From NCBI GenBank assembly GCA_043799575.1, contig JAZDNQ010000025.1:1-43395 (forward strand): a stretch of 43,395 bases of DNA. Reading direction: 5' to 3'. How positions within the stretch are numbered: position 1 is the stretch's first letter; every line of letters starts with the position of its first letter. The notes below the pieces were generated by a model that worked only from the letters and a program-made list of their open reading frames with translations, did not search any database and had not been told where the DNA came from. The stretch is from Patescibacteria group bacterium. GTDB taxonomy: Bacteria; Patescibacteriota; Gracilibacteria; JAHISY01. The position numbers and the translations under genes are program-made. Of this stretch, positions 8,146 to 17,346 are shown in pieces.

Positions 8146-8173
8146 GTAGGGAACGCAGATCTGCGTTCCCTAC
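8146..8173. repeat. perfect 28-nt palindrome GTAGGGAACGCAGATCTGCGTTCCCTAC
   Basis: Arms are 14 nt. It lies in the divergent gap between 7175..8104 (-) and ilvN (+). No downstream T-run in either direction. Confidence 0.9.
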
Positions 8174-8206
8174 CCCTCGCGAATTTTTGTTAAAATCTCC
8201 CCCGCA

Positions 8207-8671
8207 ATGCCTCCCAAAAATCGCACCCTCGTCGCTCTCGTCGAAAACAAAACTGGCGTACTCAATCGCGTCGCAAGTCTTTTTCGTCGGCGGCAGTTCA
8301 ATATCGAGAGCCTCACAGTCGGTCGTTCGGAAAAAAAGGGACTGAGCCGGATGACGATCGTGGTCGAAAAAGGCACCAACATCGATCAGGTCGTGCGGCA
8401 AATGTACAAAATCATCGAGGTAATCAAAATTAAAAAATTGGACGAGGCAGAAGCCGTACTGCGCGATCTCGCCCTCGTGAAAATCGCGAAATCGCCCGAG
8501 CTAGCGAAAATTTTGCGGCAATTTGGCGCGAAGACGATCAAAAAAAATGGCGAATTCATTGTGACCGAGATTTGCGCTGAGCCAGGAAAAATAGACGAAT
8601 TCTTGCAAGTGGCGAAAAAATTCGGCATTTTGGAAATCTCGCGCGCGGGCGCGACTGGCCTTTCGAGCTGA
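8207..8671 (+). CDS. ilvN: acetolactate synthase small (regulatory) subunit
   Basis: ACT-domain N-terminus: TLVALVENKTGVLNRVASLFRRRQFNIESLTVG. 154 aa. Confidence 0.9.
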   Translation: MPPKNRTLVALVENKTGVLNRVASLFRRRQFNIESLTVGRSEKKGLSRMTIVVEKGTNIDQVVRQMYKIIEVIKIKKLDEAEAVLRDLALVKIAKSPELAKILRQFGAKTIKKNGEFIVTEICAEPGKIDEFLQVAKKFGILEISRAGATGLSS

Positions 8672-8715
8672 GTGGAATTGGGCTAAACTTTATTTCGTCT
8701 TTAAAAATTTTTGCC

Positions 8716-9840
8716 ATGAAAAAAATCCTTCTTGCAGTCATCGCGATAATTATTTTGGGGGGCGGCGGACTTTTCGTGAAAATTTGGATTGATCGACCGA
8801 GCGATCCCCAGGCTTTCGTCAATGAAGCTTTGGCCAAATCTTTCGAGGTGAATTCCGCGAAAGCGCGCGGCAATCTCCAAATCGCGGCCGATCTCGGACA
8901 GATGGGCAATGGCCAAATCGCCATCGCAATAAACGGCACCGTCGCGAACGCGACCGAATATCTGCCGAACCTTGATTATCAAATGGATTTGGACGCGGCT
9001 TTGAACATCGCAAATCAAGCAATTACCGCGAAAGCGAGTGGTGAGCTCAAAATTTTGGACGAGATTCTTTATGGTCAGCTGGCCAGCTTTGCGACCACGG
9101 GAACGGAAAATATGAATTTGCCGCTCGACCAAATCAATGCAATTGTCGGCAAATGGTACAGCCTATCTTTCGCGAAATTCAAAGATTCTGATCCAGAAAT
9201 CGCGAAAGTTTTTGAGGAGCAAAAAGCACAACAACTGAAAATGCGAGCTGATTTGCAGAATCTGCTCGCGACTAGCAATCTGCTTTTGGTCAAAAAAATG
9301 CCGCTCGCGTGGGGCGCAGTCCAGCCAGTCGAAGTCGTCGTAAATACCGAAGTCGTAACTTCGGACGCCTTTTTGGCGCAACTCGAGAAAATTTTTACGC
9401 CGAGCGTGCCCGAAGGCGAAAAGAGTCCGTTCGAATTGACCGAGGAACAAAAAACCCAAATCCAGCAAACTTTGACCGAAATCGCGAGCAAAGTCGATTC
9501 GACGATTACTTTGCAAATCAATCACGATGGCACTTTGCAGGGCTATTCGGCAGTTGTGAATTTGAATCTCGTCGATCTCGGTATCGCGCAAATTCCAGTC
9601 GGAACAGTCAGCCTCGTTTTGAATTCAGAAATGAGCGAGATTAATCAACCGCAAACGATCGAAGCTCCGACCGGCGCAGAAGAAATTGATCCGCTCGCGC
9701 TCGTCCCCGCTCCGGCGGAAGAAGTCGCGCCGACGGACGGCGAAACTCCGACTGAGCAAACGAATACTAATCAAACTACGACTGAGCAACCGACGGAAAA
9801 TACGACTGATCAGCCAGCCGCGACCACTCCCGCACAATAA
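8716..9840 (+). CDS. hypothetical N-terminally anchored/secreted protein with Thr/Pro/Gln-rich tail, embedded between ilvN and ilvC
   Basis: 374 aa. N-terminal TM helix MKKILLAVIAIIILGGGG. C-terminal low-complexity PTDGETPTEQTNTNQTTTEQPTENTTDQPAATTPAQ. Gaps of 44 and 24 nt to its neighbours. Confidence 0.65.
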   Translation: MKKILLAVIAIIILGGGGLFVKIWIDRPSDPQAFVNEALAKSFEVNSAKARGNLQIAADLGQMGNGQIAIAINGTVANATEYLPNLDYQMDLDAALNIANQAITAKASGELKILDEILYGQLASFATTGTENMNLPLDQINAIVGKWYSLSFAKFKDSDPEIAKVFEEQKAQQLKMRADLQNLLATSNLLLVKKMPLAWGAVQPVEVVVNTEVVTSDAFLAQLEKIFTPSVPEGEKSPFELTEEQKTQIQQTLTEIASKVDSTITLQINHDGTLQGYSAVVNLNLVDLGIAQIPVGTVSLVLNSEMSEINQPQTIEAPTGAEEIDPLALVPAPAEEVAPTDGETPTEQTNTNQTTTEQPTENTTDQPAATTPAQ

Positions 9841-9864
9841 TTTTATTTTTAATTTTTTTCTCCC

Positions 9865-10848
9865 ATGAAAATCTACCACGAAAAAGACGCTGATACGCGC
9901 ATCCTCAAAGACAAAACGATCGCGGTGATCGGCTACGGCGCGCAAGGTCGCGCGCAGGCCCGGATGCTCCACGATTCGAAAGTGAAAGTCGTCGTCGGTG
10001 TCCGCCCGGGTGGACCGTCTGCGAAGCTCGCCAAGCAAGACGGTTTGAAAGTCGCGTCAATCGCCGACGCTGCAAAAAAAGCCGACATTATTCACATTTT
10101 GATCCCGGATGAAATTCAAAAAGCTGTTTACGAAAAAGAGATCAAAAAATTCGTGACGGCTGGCAAAACTTTAAGTTTTTCGCACGGTTTTAATATTGTT
10201 TTCAAAAGAATCGTCCCGCCGAAAAATGTGAACGTGATCATGGTCGCACCGAAATGTCCGGGCACGGAAGAACGCAAATGCTATTTACAAGGCTTCGGCG
10301 TGCCGGCGCTGATTTCGGTCGAGCAGGACGCAACGAAAGATGCGAAAAAAATTGCGCTCGCGATGGCGAAAGCGATGTACTTCACGAAAGCGGGCGTGAT
10401 CGAGGCGACTTTTGCTCAGGAAACTTACGAAGATCTTTTTGGCGAACAAACGGTTTTGTGCGGCGGAACAGCGGAACTCATCAAAGCCGGATTCGAAACT
10501 CTGACCGAAGCGGGCTACCCGCCCGAGTTCGCGTATTTTGAGTGTTTGCACGAATTGAAATTGATCGTCGACCTAATTTACGAAGGCGGCATCGGGCGAA
10601 TGTATGACGTCGTGTCGAACACCGCGGAATTCGGCGGTCGACTCGTCGGTCCGAAAATTATCGACGCCGGGACGAAGAAACGAATGAAAGCTGCGCTCAA
10701 AGATGTCGAGAGTGGAAAATTCGCGAAAGTCTGGATGGCGGAATACGCTGGCGGAATGAAGAAAATGAAAAAGTGGCGCGCGGAAGAAGCGAAACATCCG
10801 ATCGAAGTCGTCGGCGCCCGGATCAGGAAAATGTTTGAGAAGAAGTAA
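9865..10848 (+). CDS. ilvC: ketol-acid reductoisomerase (class I)
   Basis: IAVIGYGAQGRAQA Rossmann motif, ...SHGF..., ...LFGEQTVLCGG... 327 aa. Confidence 0.95.
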   Translation: MKIYHEKDADTRILKDKTIAVIGYGAQGRAQARMLHDSKVKVVVGVRPGGPSAKLAKQDGLKVASIADAAKKADIIHILIPDEIQKAVYEKEIKKFVTAGKTLSFSHGFNIVFKRIVPPKNVNVIMVAPKCPGTEERKCYLQGFGVPALISVEQDATKDAKKIALAMAKAMYFTKAGVIEATFAQETYEDLFGEQTVLCGGTAELIKAGFETLTEAGYPPEFAYFECLHELKLIVDLIYEGGIGRMYDVVSNTAEFGGRLVGPKIIDAGTKKRMKAALKDVESGKFAKVWMAEYAGGMKKMKKWRAEEAKHPIEVVGARIRKMFEKK

Positions 10849-10851
10849 GCC

Positions 10852-11970
10852 TCACCAAATCCTGGCCTCATCATCCGTTTTTGTACGAAACTCTAATTCT
10901 ATCAATACATGCTCTGCCATACTCAGTTCTAGGTGCAAGTGCTCTTCAATTGAGAAATACTGATCGCGAAGTATCGCTTCCAGCTCGCGAAAAGATTTCA
11001 AGACAAAATCTAGTTGGAGTCCGTTTGCTTGTACAATTTGTAAATGCTGCAAAATTTGCAAAGCCAATAATTTATAGGGCGTTCTTTCAGAACCTTTATC
11101 GCGGGAATTTTCAACAAGTTTTTTTAAATTTGTGATAACCAATCCAAGATCGATGTCTCCACCGTTTTTTGCAAATTTAACCGCTTCCGCAAAATAGAAA
11201 AAGGCTGCTTTCAGCGAGCTAACTTCTCCGTCCGACAAATTTGTTTTTTGGAAGCTTGCCCTGATTTCATCGGGCGAAAGACAAGTCTGTGACATTCCAC
11301 TTTCGTCAGCCTCAATACTTTGAATAATTTTTTGACATAAACCAACAAGCTGCATGCAAGGAAGTTTTGTTGGTTCGGTCGGCTCAATCACTTCTTTTTC
11401 TCCTGCAAGTTTTTGAATTTCCTTCAATATAGGTTCGATACCCTGCTGAAAATTAACAACCACCCCCGTATATTGCGGCCTCATTTCTTTAGCGATGCTT
11501 CGGCGAAATATCCAGATATTGTTTGCGAGTTTATGCCGTATCAACTCCTCAAATTTCCTTAAGAAAATATGACCAAATATTTCCCCACTCAAGACTTGCT
11601 TCTCAAATTCACTCAAAAGACCATAAAGAGTTAGAAGTGATTTTTTGTTTTCTGCGATCCCAAGAACAATTCTCTCGATGAATTTACGGGTATGTTCTTT
11701 ACGGTTTGCCCCTGCAAACCCAAGCTTATTTTTAAAATTCTGAAATGCGCCCAATTTACCAAACTCAGTTAATTCAAGGTTTTGGTAAAAATTTTCCAAC
11801 TCCTGCCTAATCGCTCGCACTAAACCCACGGCTTCGGCCGTAATTCGCTCATGCTCAGCCTGTTCGAAAGCCGATTCAACTTTAAACAAAAACCTCTCTC
11901 TGAAAGCGAACCCTCCCTTCGCGACTAAGTCGCGAATCAGGAGGCGCTTTTCAGAAAAACTGAATTGCAA
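10852..11970 (-). CDS. hypothetical protein (AT-rich orphan, TTG start in track)
   Basis: 372-aa uninterrupted ORF, helical, no recognised motif. G+C is 21/60 over 11101-11160. Confidence 0.5.
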   Translation of the reverse strand: MQFSFSEKRLLIRDLVAKGGFAFRERFLFKVESAFEQAEHERITAEAVGLVRAIRQELENFYQNLELTEFGKLGAFQNFKNKLGFAGANRKEHTRKFIERIVLGIAENKKSLLTLYGLLSEFEKQVLSGEIFGHIFLRKFEELIRHKLANNIWIFRRSIAKEMRPQYTGVVVNFQQGIEPILKEIQKLAGEKEVIEPTEPTKLPCMQLVGLCQKIIQSIEADESGMSQTCLSPDEIRASFQKTNLSDGEVSSLKAAFFYFAEAVKFAKNGGDIDLGLVITNLKKLVENSRDKGSERTPYKLLALQILQHLQIVQANGLQLDFVLKSFRELEAILRDQYFSIEEHLHLELSMAEHVLIELEFRTKTDDEARIW

Positions 11971-12039
11971 AAATTAAATTTAGATTAAATGGTAAAGCAA
12001 AAAACACAATCATCCAAATTTTTGGATTTGGGCGAACAA

Positions 12040-12435
12040 TTATTTTGGCCAAGCCAAAAACAGTAATAAAAGATTGATGAGATAAGTCGAAGTGCAAACC
12101 ACACAAAAAGTCTTAACTTTGAAATAAAGCTGGTAAGCAAAATAAAACGAAAATAACATTCCGATGATCGCGAGCGGCCAAAGATAATTTTGGAATTGCG
12201 GAAGTGTCGCAAGCCCGACTGCGGCGTAAAAACCAATTCCGTAAACACCGTTCGGAATGCCAAAAATTTTCCCCTCCTCGCTGCGAATGCTTTTCATGCA
12301 CGACATCCGGTCGCTTAGATCACAGACCGCTTTGTAATTCGCCTCGCGTTTGGATTTCCAGTGCAAATACAGGGTGTACAGCGAAAGCAGCAAGCCCAGA
12401 CCAGCCGCGATTTGGATGAAAAGTAAAGTCGACAT
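12040..12435 (-). CDS. vitamin K epoxide reductase (VKOR)-family membrane protein
   Basis: 131 aa with 4 predicted TM helices. It has a loop Cys pair (CDLSDRMSC) and a CVVC motif in the last helix. Confidence 0.75.
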   Translation of the reverse strand: MSTLLFIQIAAGLGLLLSLYTLYLHWKSKREANYKAVCDLSDRMSCMKSIRSEEGKIFGIPNGVYGIGFYAAVGLATLPQFQNYLWPLAIIGMLFSFYFAYQLYFKVKTFCVVCTSTYLINLLLLFLAWPK

Positions 12436-12456
12436 GTCGTAATTTTAGCGCGGAAA

Positions 12457-13422
12457 TTATTTCCGCGAAAAACGCAGGAAGCCGCCAAGTTCTATAATTT
12501 CGAATTTCTTTTTTGCGACCTTTTCAATCTCGTCGAGAAGCAAATTCATCCCGAGCGAATCGCTCGCGATGTGTCCCGCGATCAAAACATTGATGTGATG
12601 TTTTTCGGCTTCTTTTTGCGCCTCCGGTCGCATGTGCATCGCGATCTCCGTCCCGACGCCCGCGTGCTTCAGCGACTCATAAACTTCTGATGAACCGCTC
12701 GTCCCGCCCGTGAAACCCGAAACGGCGATTTTGCCCGCACGGGAACTTTTGCTGCCGACGAACGGAATTGGCGGCACTCCGCGCTTCGCGGATTCGCGGA
12801 ATTCCGGCTCGCCGAGTAGAACCTCGATAATTTCTCCGAGTGTGCGGGGCTGCTTTTTTTCCATTAATTTTTCGACATACCGGTACGCCAAATTATCCGC
12901 GACCGTGTGCGTGCACATGTACGGAACTTTGAGCCAACGCGCGAAATCAAGATTTTTTTGGTGATTGATCGGATGAATACTGCGCACGATTTTCGCGACT
13001 TCTTTGTCCATCAATTTTTCCATCACATTGATCGGCACGCCAGCCAATTCATACAAATCCTCCTGTAATTTGAGCACGCCGTCGAGCTTCGCGAGCGCGA
13101 TCCCTTCGGGATGATGCGAGAGCGCGAGACTAATTTTCGCGCCAGATTTGTTCAATTCGTGGACGAGCAGCAAACCATCCGACTCGAGATCGATCCCGAC
13201 CGCGATTTTTTTGACTTCGGTTTTCGGGTCGCCGACGAGAATCCGCGTGTCGGAATATGGATTTTTCAAACGTTCTGGATCGAAGAAATCGCGCTCTTTT
13301 TTGTCGAGCTTGTCGAATTCTTTTTTCTGGTCGGCGAGAAATCGGTCGATGTCAGCTTTCGAGCGTGGGTCGGCTGAGCGCCCGGCTGCGATCGCTGTCT
13401 CGTAAAATTTTTGGATTTGCAT
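12457..13422 (-). CDS. NIF3 (NGG1p-interacting factor 3)/YbgI-like dinuclear-metal protein
   Basis: ...ISLALSHHPEG... and C-terminal ...LIAGHIASDSLG..., resembling YbgI motifs VIVHHG and AAGHHATE. 321 aa. Confidence 0.5.
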   Translation of the reverse strand: MQIQKFYETAIAAGRSADPRSKADIDRFLADQKKEFDKLDKKERDFFDPERLKNPYSDTRILVGDPKTEVKKIAVGIDLESDGLLLVHELNKSGAKISLALSHHPEGIALAKLDGVLKLQEDLYELAGVPINVMEKLMDKEVAKIVRSIHPINHQKNLDFARWLKVPYMCTHTVADNLAYRYVEKLMEKKQPRTLGEIIEVLLGEPEFRESAKRGVPPIPFVGSKSSRAGKIAVSGFTGGTSGSSEVYESLKHAGVGTEIAMHMRPEAQKEAEKHHINVLIAGHIASDSLGMNLLLDEIEKVAKKKFEIIELGGFLRFSRK

Positions 13423-13514
13423 GGCTGGGATTGTAGCATCTCGGCCGGACGAAAAAAAGGCGCTTTTTATTTTTCGGCTTTTTCGATAGACTTTCCCCGT
13501 TTTAACTTTTTGAA

Positions 13515-14390
13515 ATGGACTTTCTCGATTTTGCGAATTTTTTGCGGCGGAAATGGCTTGTGATTTTGGTTGTCACTTTGGCAACGACTTTGGCCGCCGG
13601 GACGGTTTATTTTTTGCAGCCACCGACTGAGAAATTGACTTTGCTGTTTTCGGTCGGAGTACAAGATAACAGCGAGGTCGAAAAAAGTTTTGATTTCACA
13701 AAGGCGAGTGATGATTTTGCGGACACGATCGCGGGCTGGCTGCGCTCCCCGACTCTCGCCGAGCGCGTGAGCGGCGTGGCCGGGACGCCGGTCGGATTGA
13801 CCGGACAAGCGCAGGCCACCGAGAATTTTTTGGTCGAGGCGACTTTTTTCCAAAATGACGGCGGGCTGGTCGCGGCCGCAGTCAAGCAAGTCCTCAGTGA
13901 AGAACTCGCGAAATACAACGCTCAATCGAAGTTCAAATTTTTCACAACGATCCATGGCGAGTCGACCAGTGATGCGCGCGGCGACCCAGTGAAAACAATC
14001 GCGGCCGCAATTTTCGGCGGGATCGTTTTGGCAAGTATTTGGCTGGTTTTGGCGGCGACTTTTGGCGGCAGAGTCAATTCGATTCGCGAAACAGAAAGAA
14101 TTTTGCGCACTCGCGCCTCTGTGATTTTTCGCAAAGCCAAAAGCGAGGAGACCAATTTTTTGAAAAAACTCGCCAAAAAATCCGGCAATTCGATTTTGGT
14201 TGGGGCGGACTGCGATCCGCGCAAATTGGAGCTCGAACTCAAAAGTTTGGAATTGCCGCAAGACGTCGAAAAAATCGGAAAACACGAAATGAAAATCGTG
14301 ATTGTGAAATTGGACGAAACGCGAGTCGACACTTTGAGAATGATTCGCGCGCTGGCCGAGGAAAAAATCGAGCTGGCGATTTGGGCTTGA
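13515..14390 (+). CDS. hypothetical membrane protein with Wzz/PCP-like topology
   Basis: One N-terminal TM helix (WLVILVVTLATTLAAG), a ~130-aa loop, then a second TM helix (AAAIFGGIVLASIWLVLAATFGG). Preferred over the Arg/Phe-rich antisense ORF 13467..14285. Confidence 0.5.
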   Translation: MDFLDFANFLRRKWLVILVVTLATTLAAGTVYFLQPPTEKLTLLFSVGVQDNSEVEKSFDFTKASDDFADTIAGWLRSPTLAERVSGVAGTPVGLTGQAQATENFLVEATFFQNDGGLVAAAVKQVLSEELAKYNAQSKFKFFTTIHGESTSDARGDPVKTIAAAIFGGIVLASIWLVLAATFGGRVNSIRETERILRTRASVIFRKAKSEETNFLKKLAKKSGNSILVGADCDPRKLELELKSLELPQDVEKIGKHEMKIVIVKLDETRVDTLRMIRALAEEKIELAIWA

Positions 14391-14454
14391 AAAATCGCGA
14401 ATTTGTGACTAAACTCGCACAACAATTTTGCATTCTTAATTCTTAATTCTTCCA

Positions 14455-14727
14455 ATGCCTCTCCTCAAATCAGCCCTCAAAGCGATGCGCCGCGACCGCA
14501 AGAAAACTGCGCGCAATCGTGTGCAAAAAAACAAAATGCACGACTCAATCAAATTGGTCGAAAAATTGGCTAAAGCGAAAGATACCGCGAAAATCGGCGA
14601 GGCTTTGAAGTCGGCCTACAAAACGATCGACAAAGCCGCGAAAAGAAATTTGTTGCACAAAAAAACGGCTGCGCGCCGCAAATCGCAGGTCGCGAAAATG
14701 GCGAAATCAGCTACGAAAAAAGCCTAA
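14455..14727 (+). CDS. rpsT: 30S ribosomal protein S20
   Basis: MPLLKSALKAMRRDRKKTARNRVQKNKM...; basic, 90 aa. Confidence 0.9.
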   Translation: MPLLKSALKAMRRDRKKTARNRVQKNKMHDSIKLVEKLAKAKDTAKIGEALKSAYKTIDKAAKRNLLHKKTAARRKSQVAKMAKSATKKA

Positions 14728-15144
14728 TTTTGGAGCCTTCTTGAAACCGCGCGAATCGAGAACTTGATTAACCAAGCGATCCGCATCGCGATTTTTTTCG
14801 CGTGCGACGTGCGCAATTTTCCATTTGGGAACTCGGACTAATAAAGCGTGAACTTTTTCAGCTAGCTTTTTCAATTCCAAATCTTTGATTTTCCAGCGGC
14901 CGGAAATCTGCTCGACCGCCAATTTGGAGTCGAGAAAAATTTCAATTTCGGTCGGGTGAAACTCGAGCGCTTTTTGCAGGCCGAGCACAACGCCGAAATA
15001 CTCCGCGCGGTTATTTGTCATATCACCGAGAAACTCCGCGACTTCGGCAATTTTATTTTTGGTCGAATCGAAAATAACCGCAGCTGCCGCGGCCGGACCG
15101 GGATTGCCACGCGCACCGCCGTCGCAAAAAAGACTTAATTTCAT
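14707..15144 (-). CDS. rnhA: ribonuclease HI
   Basis: DEDD layout: FCDGGARGNPGP, NNRAEY, LDSKL, NRDADRL. 145 aa. Confidence 0.85.
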   Translation of the reverse strand: MKLSLFCDGGARGNPGPAAAAAVIFDSTKNKIAEVAEFLGDMTNNRAEYFGVVLGLQKALEFHPTEIEIFLDSKLAVEQISGRWKIKDLELKKLAEKVHALLVRVPKWKIAHVAREKNRDADRLVNQVLDSRGFKKAPKLGFFRS

Positions 15145-15150
15145 GAAACC

Positions 15151-15211
15151 TAAAACTTAAAACATGGAACAAGATAGCATAAAAACTGTTTCATGCTGCA
15201 TGTTCCATGTT
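15151..15211 (-). terminator. probable terminator of the minor-pilin operon
   Basis: AACATGGAACA (15161-15171) pairs with TGTTCCATGTT (15201-15211), with an inner AGCAT/ATGCT pairing. It starts 6 nt after the stop at 15218. A T-rich tract follows on the minus strand. Confidence 0.5.
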
Positions 15212-15217
15212 TAATGT

Positions 15218-16441
15218 TTACTGGAAAATCACGTACGAGAAAATCGGGATCGCCGACTCGCGGCGGAAGCGCGTCTCGATTGTTTGCTTCACACCACCTG
15301 CAAAACCCTCTGAAACGATATAGGTATATTCGTCCGCCCATGGCTCATCACTCTCGAGCTTGTATTTGAGGGAATTTGAAGGAACACCTGATGCCTCAGA
15401 GAGCGTGGCGATAAGATTGACCGTGAGGCGTGCACTTGTCCACTGCTTGCTAGCATCAACCTCCGTCATCGCATCGTAAAGATCGACCAAATACTCATGT
15501 GGTGTCGCGTAACGAAAATTTTCTTCGACTGAGGAGACACGATTGAAACTTGCACCAATGGAAGTCTCTGCCTCACTCAAATTTTGATTGATATCTTCAC
15601 CAGCATAGACATCTCCGTCTGGAGCAGCCGGATTGTGCGCATCAGAATCATTCAAATCAAAAATGAAGCAATTACTACGGCCATTGCCGCAATCATCGTC
15701 AAAATCAGACTCCCAAGCCACACCCTGCAGTGTGTGCTCTTCACCATAACCATCGATCGCTGAAAAAGTCCAAGTGAAAAGCTCGTCGTTTATTTTTGTC
15801 GCTCCGGTCCAGGCCGGATCCCAGTTAACGCCAGGATCGAAAATAATTTTTTTGGCACTAGTATCAGAAAGCGACACGAATCTATCTTTTGAGTCAGGCG
15901 CACTAGGATCCTGGTCAATCAAAAGACTCAGGCTGAGTGGTCGACTTTTTGTCAGGTCTCCCCATTCATCATCTCCAAGTTCACCGTCCTTGTTGCCGAA
16001 GAAGTATGGGTTTGGGATGAAATATTCATCGCCGCTTTTTAGCGTGCGCGAAAAGAGTCGCCAAAAGCCTCGCCCGCCAGAAAGATTGCTATCTGTGAAA
16101 TTTACGAAACGATACGGATTCGTCGCGTCACAAGTGCCAGCAAAGTTGGATGTGGCATCGAGATTTATAGTACTGCCGCAAACCAATTGATTTGGATCGT
16201 TTTGATAGCCATCTTTGTAGCCGTCCAAATCATATAGCGCAAGCTCAACCCCACTCTCTGCAGCCGAATAGGCAATATTTGCATGTTCAACTTGTGTAGT
16301 CGTCTTTATAAAACCAAGGATGAGCTTGGTCACTATCGTCGCAGACAAGAGCAATACCATGGTCAGACCGACAACTACGAGCAGCGAGACACCGCGTCGG
16401 TCGCAGAAATTCCTACGGAAACGGGAAAAAAAATCTGACAT
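15218..16441 (-). CDS. PilX-like type IV pilus minor component (large)
   Basis: N-terminus RRGVSLLVVVGLTMVLLLSATIV...AYSAAESGVELAL resembles the PilX N-terminal domain. It is the last gene of the pilin operon. 407 aa. Confidence 0.55.
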   Translation of the reverse strand: MSDFFSRFRRNFCDRRGVSLLVVVGLTMVLLLSATIVTKLILGFIKTTTQVEHANIAYSAAESGVELALYDLDGYKDGYQNDPNQLVCGSTINLDATSNFAGTCDATNPYRFVNFTDSNLSGGRGFWRLFSRTLKSGDEYFIPNPYFFGNKDGELGDDEWGDLTKSRPLSLSLLIDQDPSAPDSKDRFVSLSDTSAKKIIFDPGVNWDPAWTGATKINDELFTWTFSAIDGYGEEHTLQGVAWESDFDDDCGNGRSNCFIFDLNDSDAHNPAAPDGDVYAGEDINQNLSEAETSIGASFNRVSSVEENFRYATPHEYLVDLYDAMTEVDASKQWTSARLTVNLIATLSEASGVPSNSLKYKLESDEPWADEYTYIVSEGFAGGVKQTIETRFRRESAIPIFSYVIFQ

Positions 16442-16443
16442 TT

Positions 16444-17346
16444 TTAGAGTGAGCTTTTAACTTCATTTTGTGCGCGTCCGCCGATAGTGGTCTGCAGCGT
16501 AATCGAAGGAATTTCTCCGCGTAATCCGCGCGATCGAGAAGCACTGGGTTCAGCTGTCATCTTGATTGTGATATGAGGCTGCTGCTGCACATCATTGGTA
16601 AATTCGGCAAAAGCTTTGCGTGGATCTTCCACCGGCGAAACATAAAATTTCAGTGATGTAATTTTGATCGAATCAGGCTGGATTTTTTGGAAAGTATAAT
16701 TTTTAAAATCAATCTTCGGAGTCCATGTATCGATGATTTCATCAGAGTTTGAATCACTACCGTCCAGTTTCAACATTTCAAGTCGGTACTCATAAGTACC
16801 GTTGATATCTTCGGGAACAAGCTTGATAACGGTTTTCTCAGTACCATCAGCGGTGATGAGATAAAGTTCGCACTGTTCATAACCAGATGTGCCCGGGGCC
16901 ACAGGTACAAGAGGCGGAGTGCAAACTGCAAGAGAGCTTGCATCATCGAGAGGATTGGGGCCGGTATTTCTACCAATATTTTCGTCAAAACGCGTAATCT
17001 TATCGGGATCACCATCTCCGTCGATATAAAATTGTTTTGCATAATTGCCATAATTCTCACCGTATGCCGAGTTATTCGTCGCGGAATATTGATACTGAAA
17101 ACGGTTCCAATATTCTTCGTAGTCAATCGTGCCACGACGCACTTCTTTCACGATTCGCTCAAAAGCAATCCGTGCTTCCTCGTAAAGCACTTTCGAAACA
17201 TCTGTCTTGCGCTGAGTCGCGAAAGAATTGGTGAAAATACCTGTGACCATCGTGATAATTACCAAAAACACGGAAATCGCAACAAGCGCCTCCACAAGCG
17301 TGAAGCCCTTTTTATTGCTGCGAACGCGATAGATTTGGGAGAGCAT
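16444..17346 (-). CDS. prepilin-type N-terminal cleavage/methylation domain protein (PilW-like minor pilin)
   Basis: KKGFTLVEALVAISVFLVIITM class III signal. 300 aa. Confidence 0.75.
   Translation of the reverse strand: MLSQIYRVRSNKKGFTLVEALVAISVFLVIITMVTGIFTNSFATQRKTDVSKVLYEEARIAFERIVKEVRRGTIDYEEYWNRFQYQYSATNNSAYGENYGNYAKQFYIDGDGDPDKITRFDENIGRNTGPNPLDDASSLAVCTPPLVPVAPGTSGYEQCELYLITADGTEKTVIKLVPEDINGTYEYRLEMLKLDGSDSNSDEIIDTWTPKIDFKNYTFQKIQPDSIKITSLKFYVSPVEDPRKAFAEFTNDVQQQPHITIKMTAEPSASRSRGLRGEIPSITLQTTIGGRAQNEVKSSL

Noticed and set aside
8669-8671. Alternative genetic code (UGA recoded, as in Gracilibacteria/Absconditabacteria)
   Set aside because: TGA ends ilvN, miaA, rfbD and purM at the expected conserved C-termini. 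No conserved gene needs read-through of an in-frame TGA.
13467-14285. 272-aa minus-strand ORF competing with 13515..14390 (+)
   Set aside because: The minus-frame product is Arg/Phe/Gln-rich and has no hydrophobic segments. The plus-frame product has a coherent two-TM topology and ordinary composition.
14433-14453. Tandem TTCTTAA x2.7 upstream of rpsT, and the AT tract at 29383-29485, as CRISPR or satellite arrays
   Set aside because: The units are far too short and too few, and there is no repeat-spacer architecture. These are simple low-complexity promoter-region sequence.
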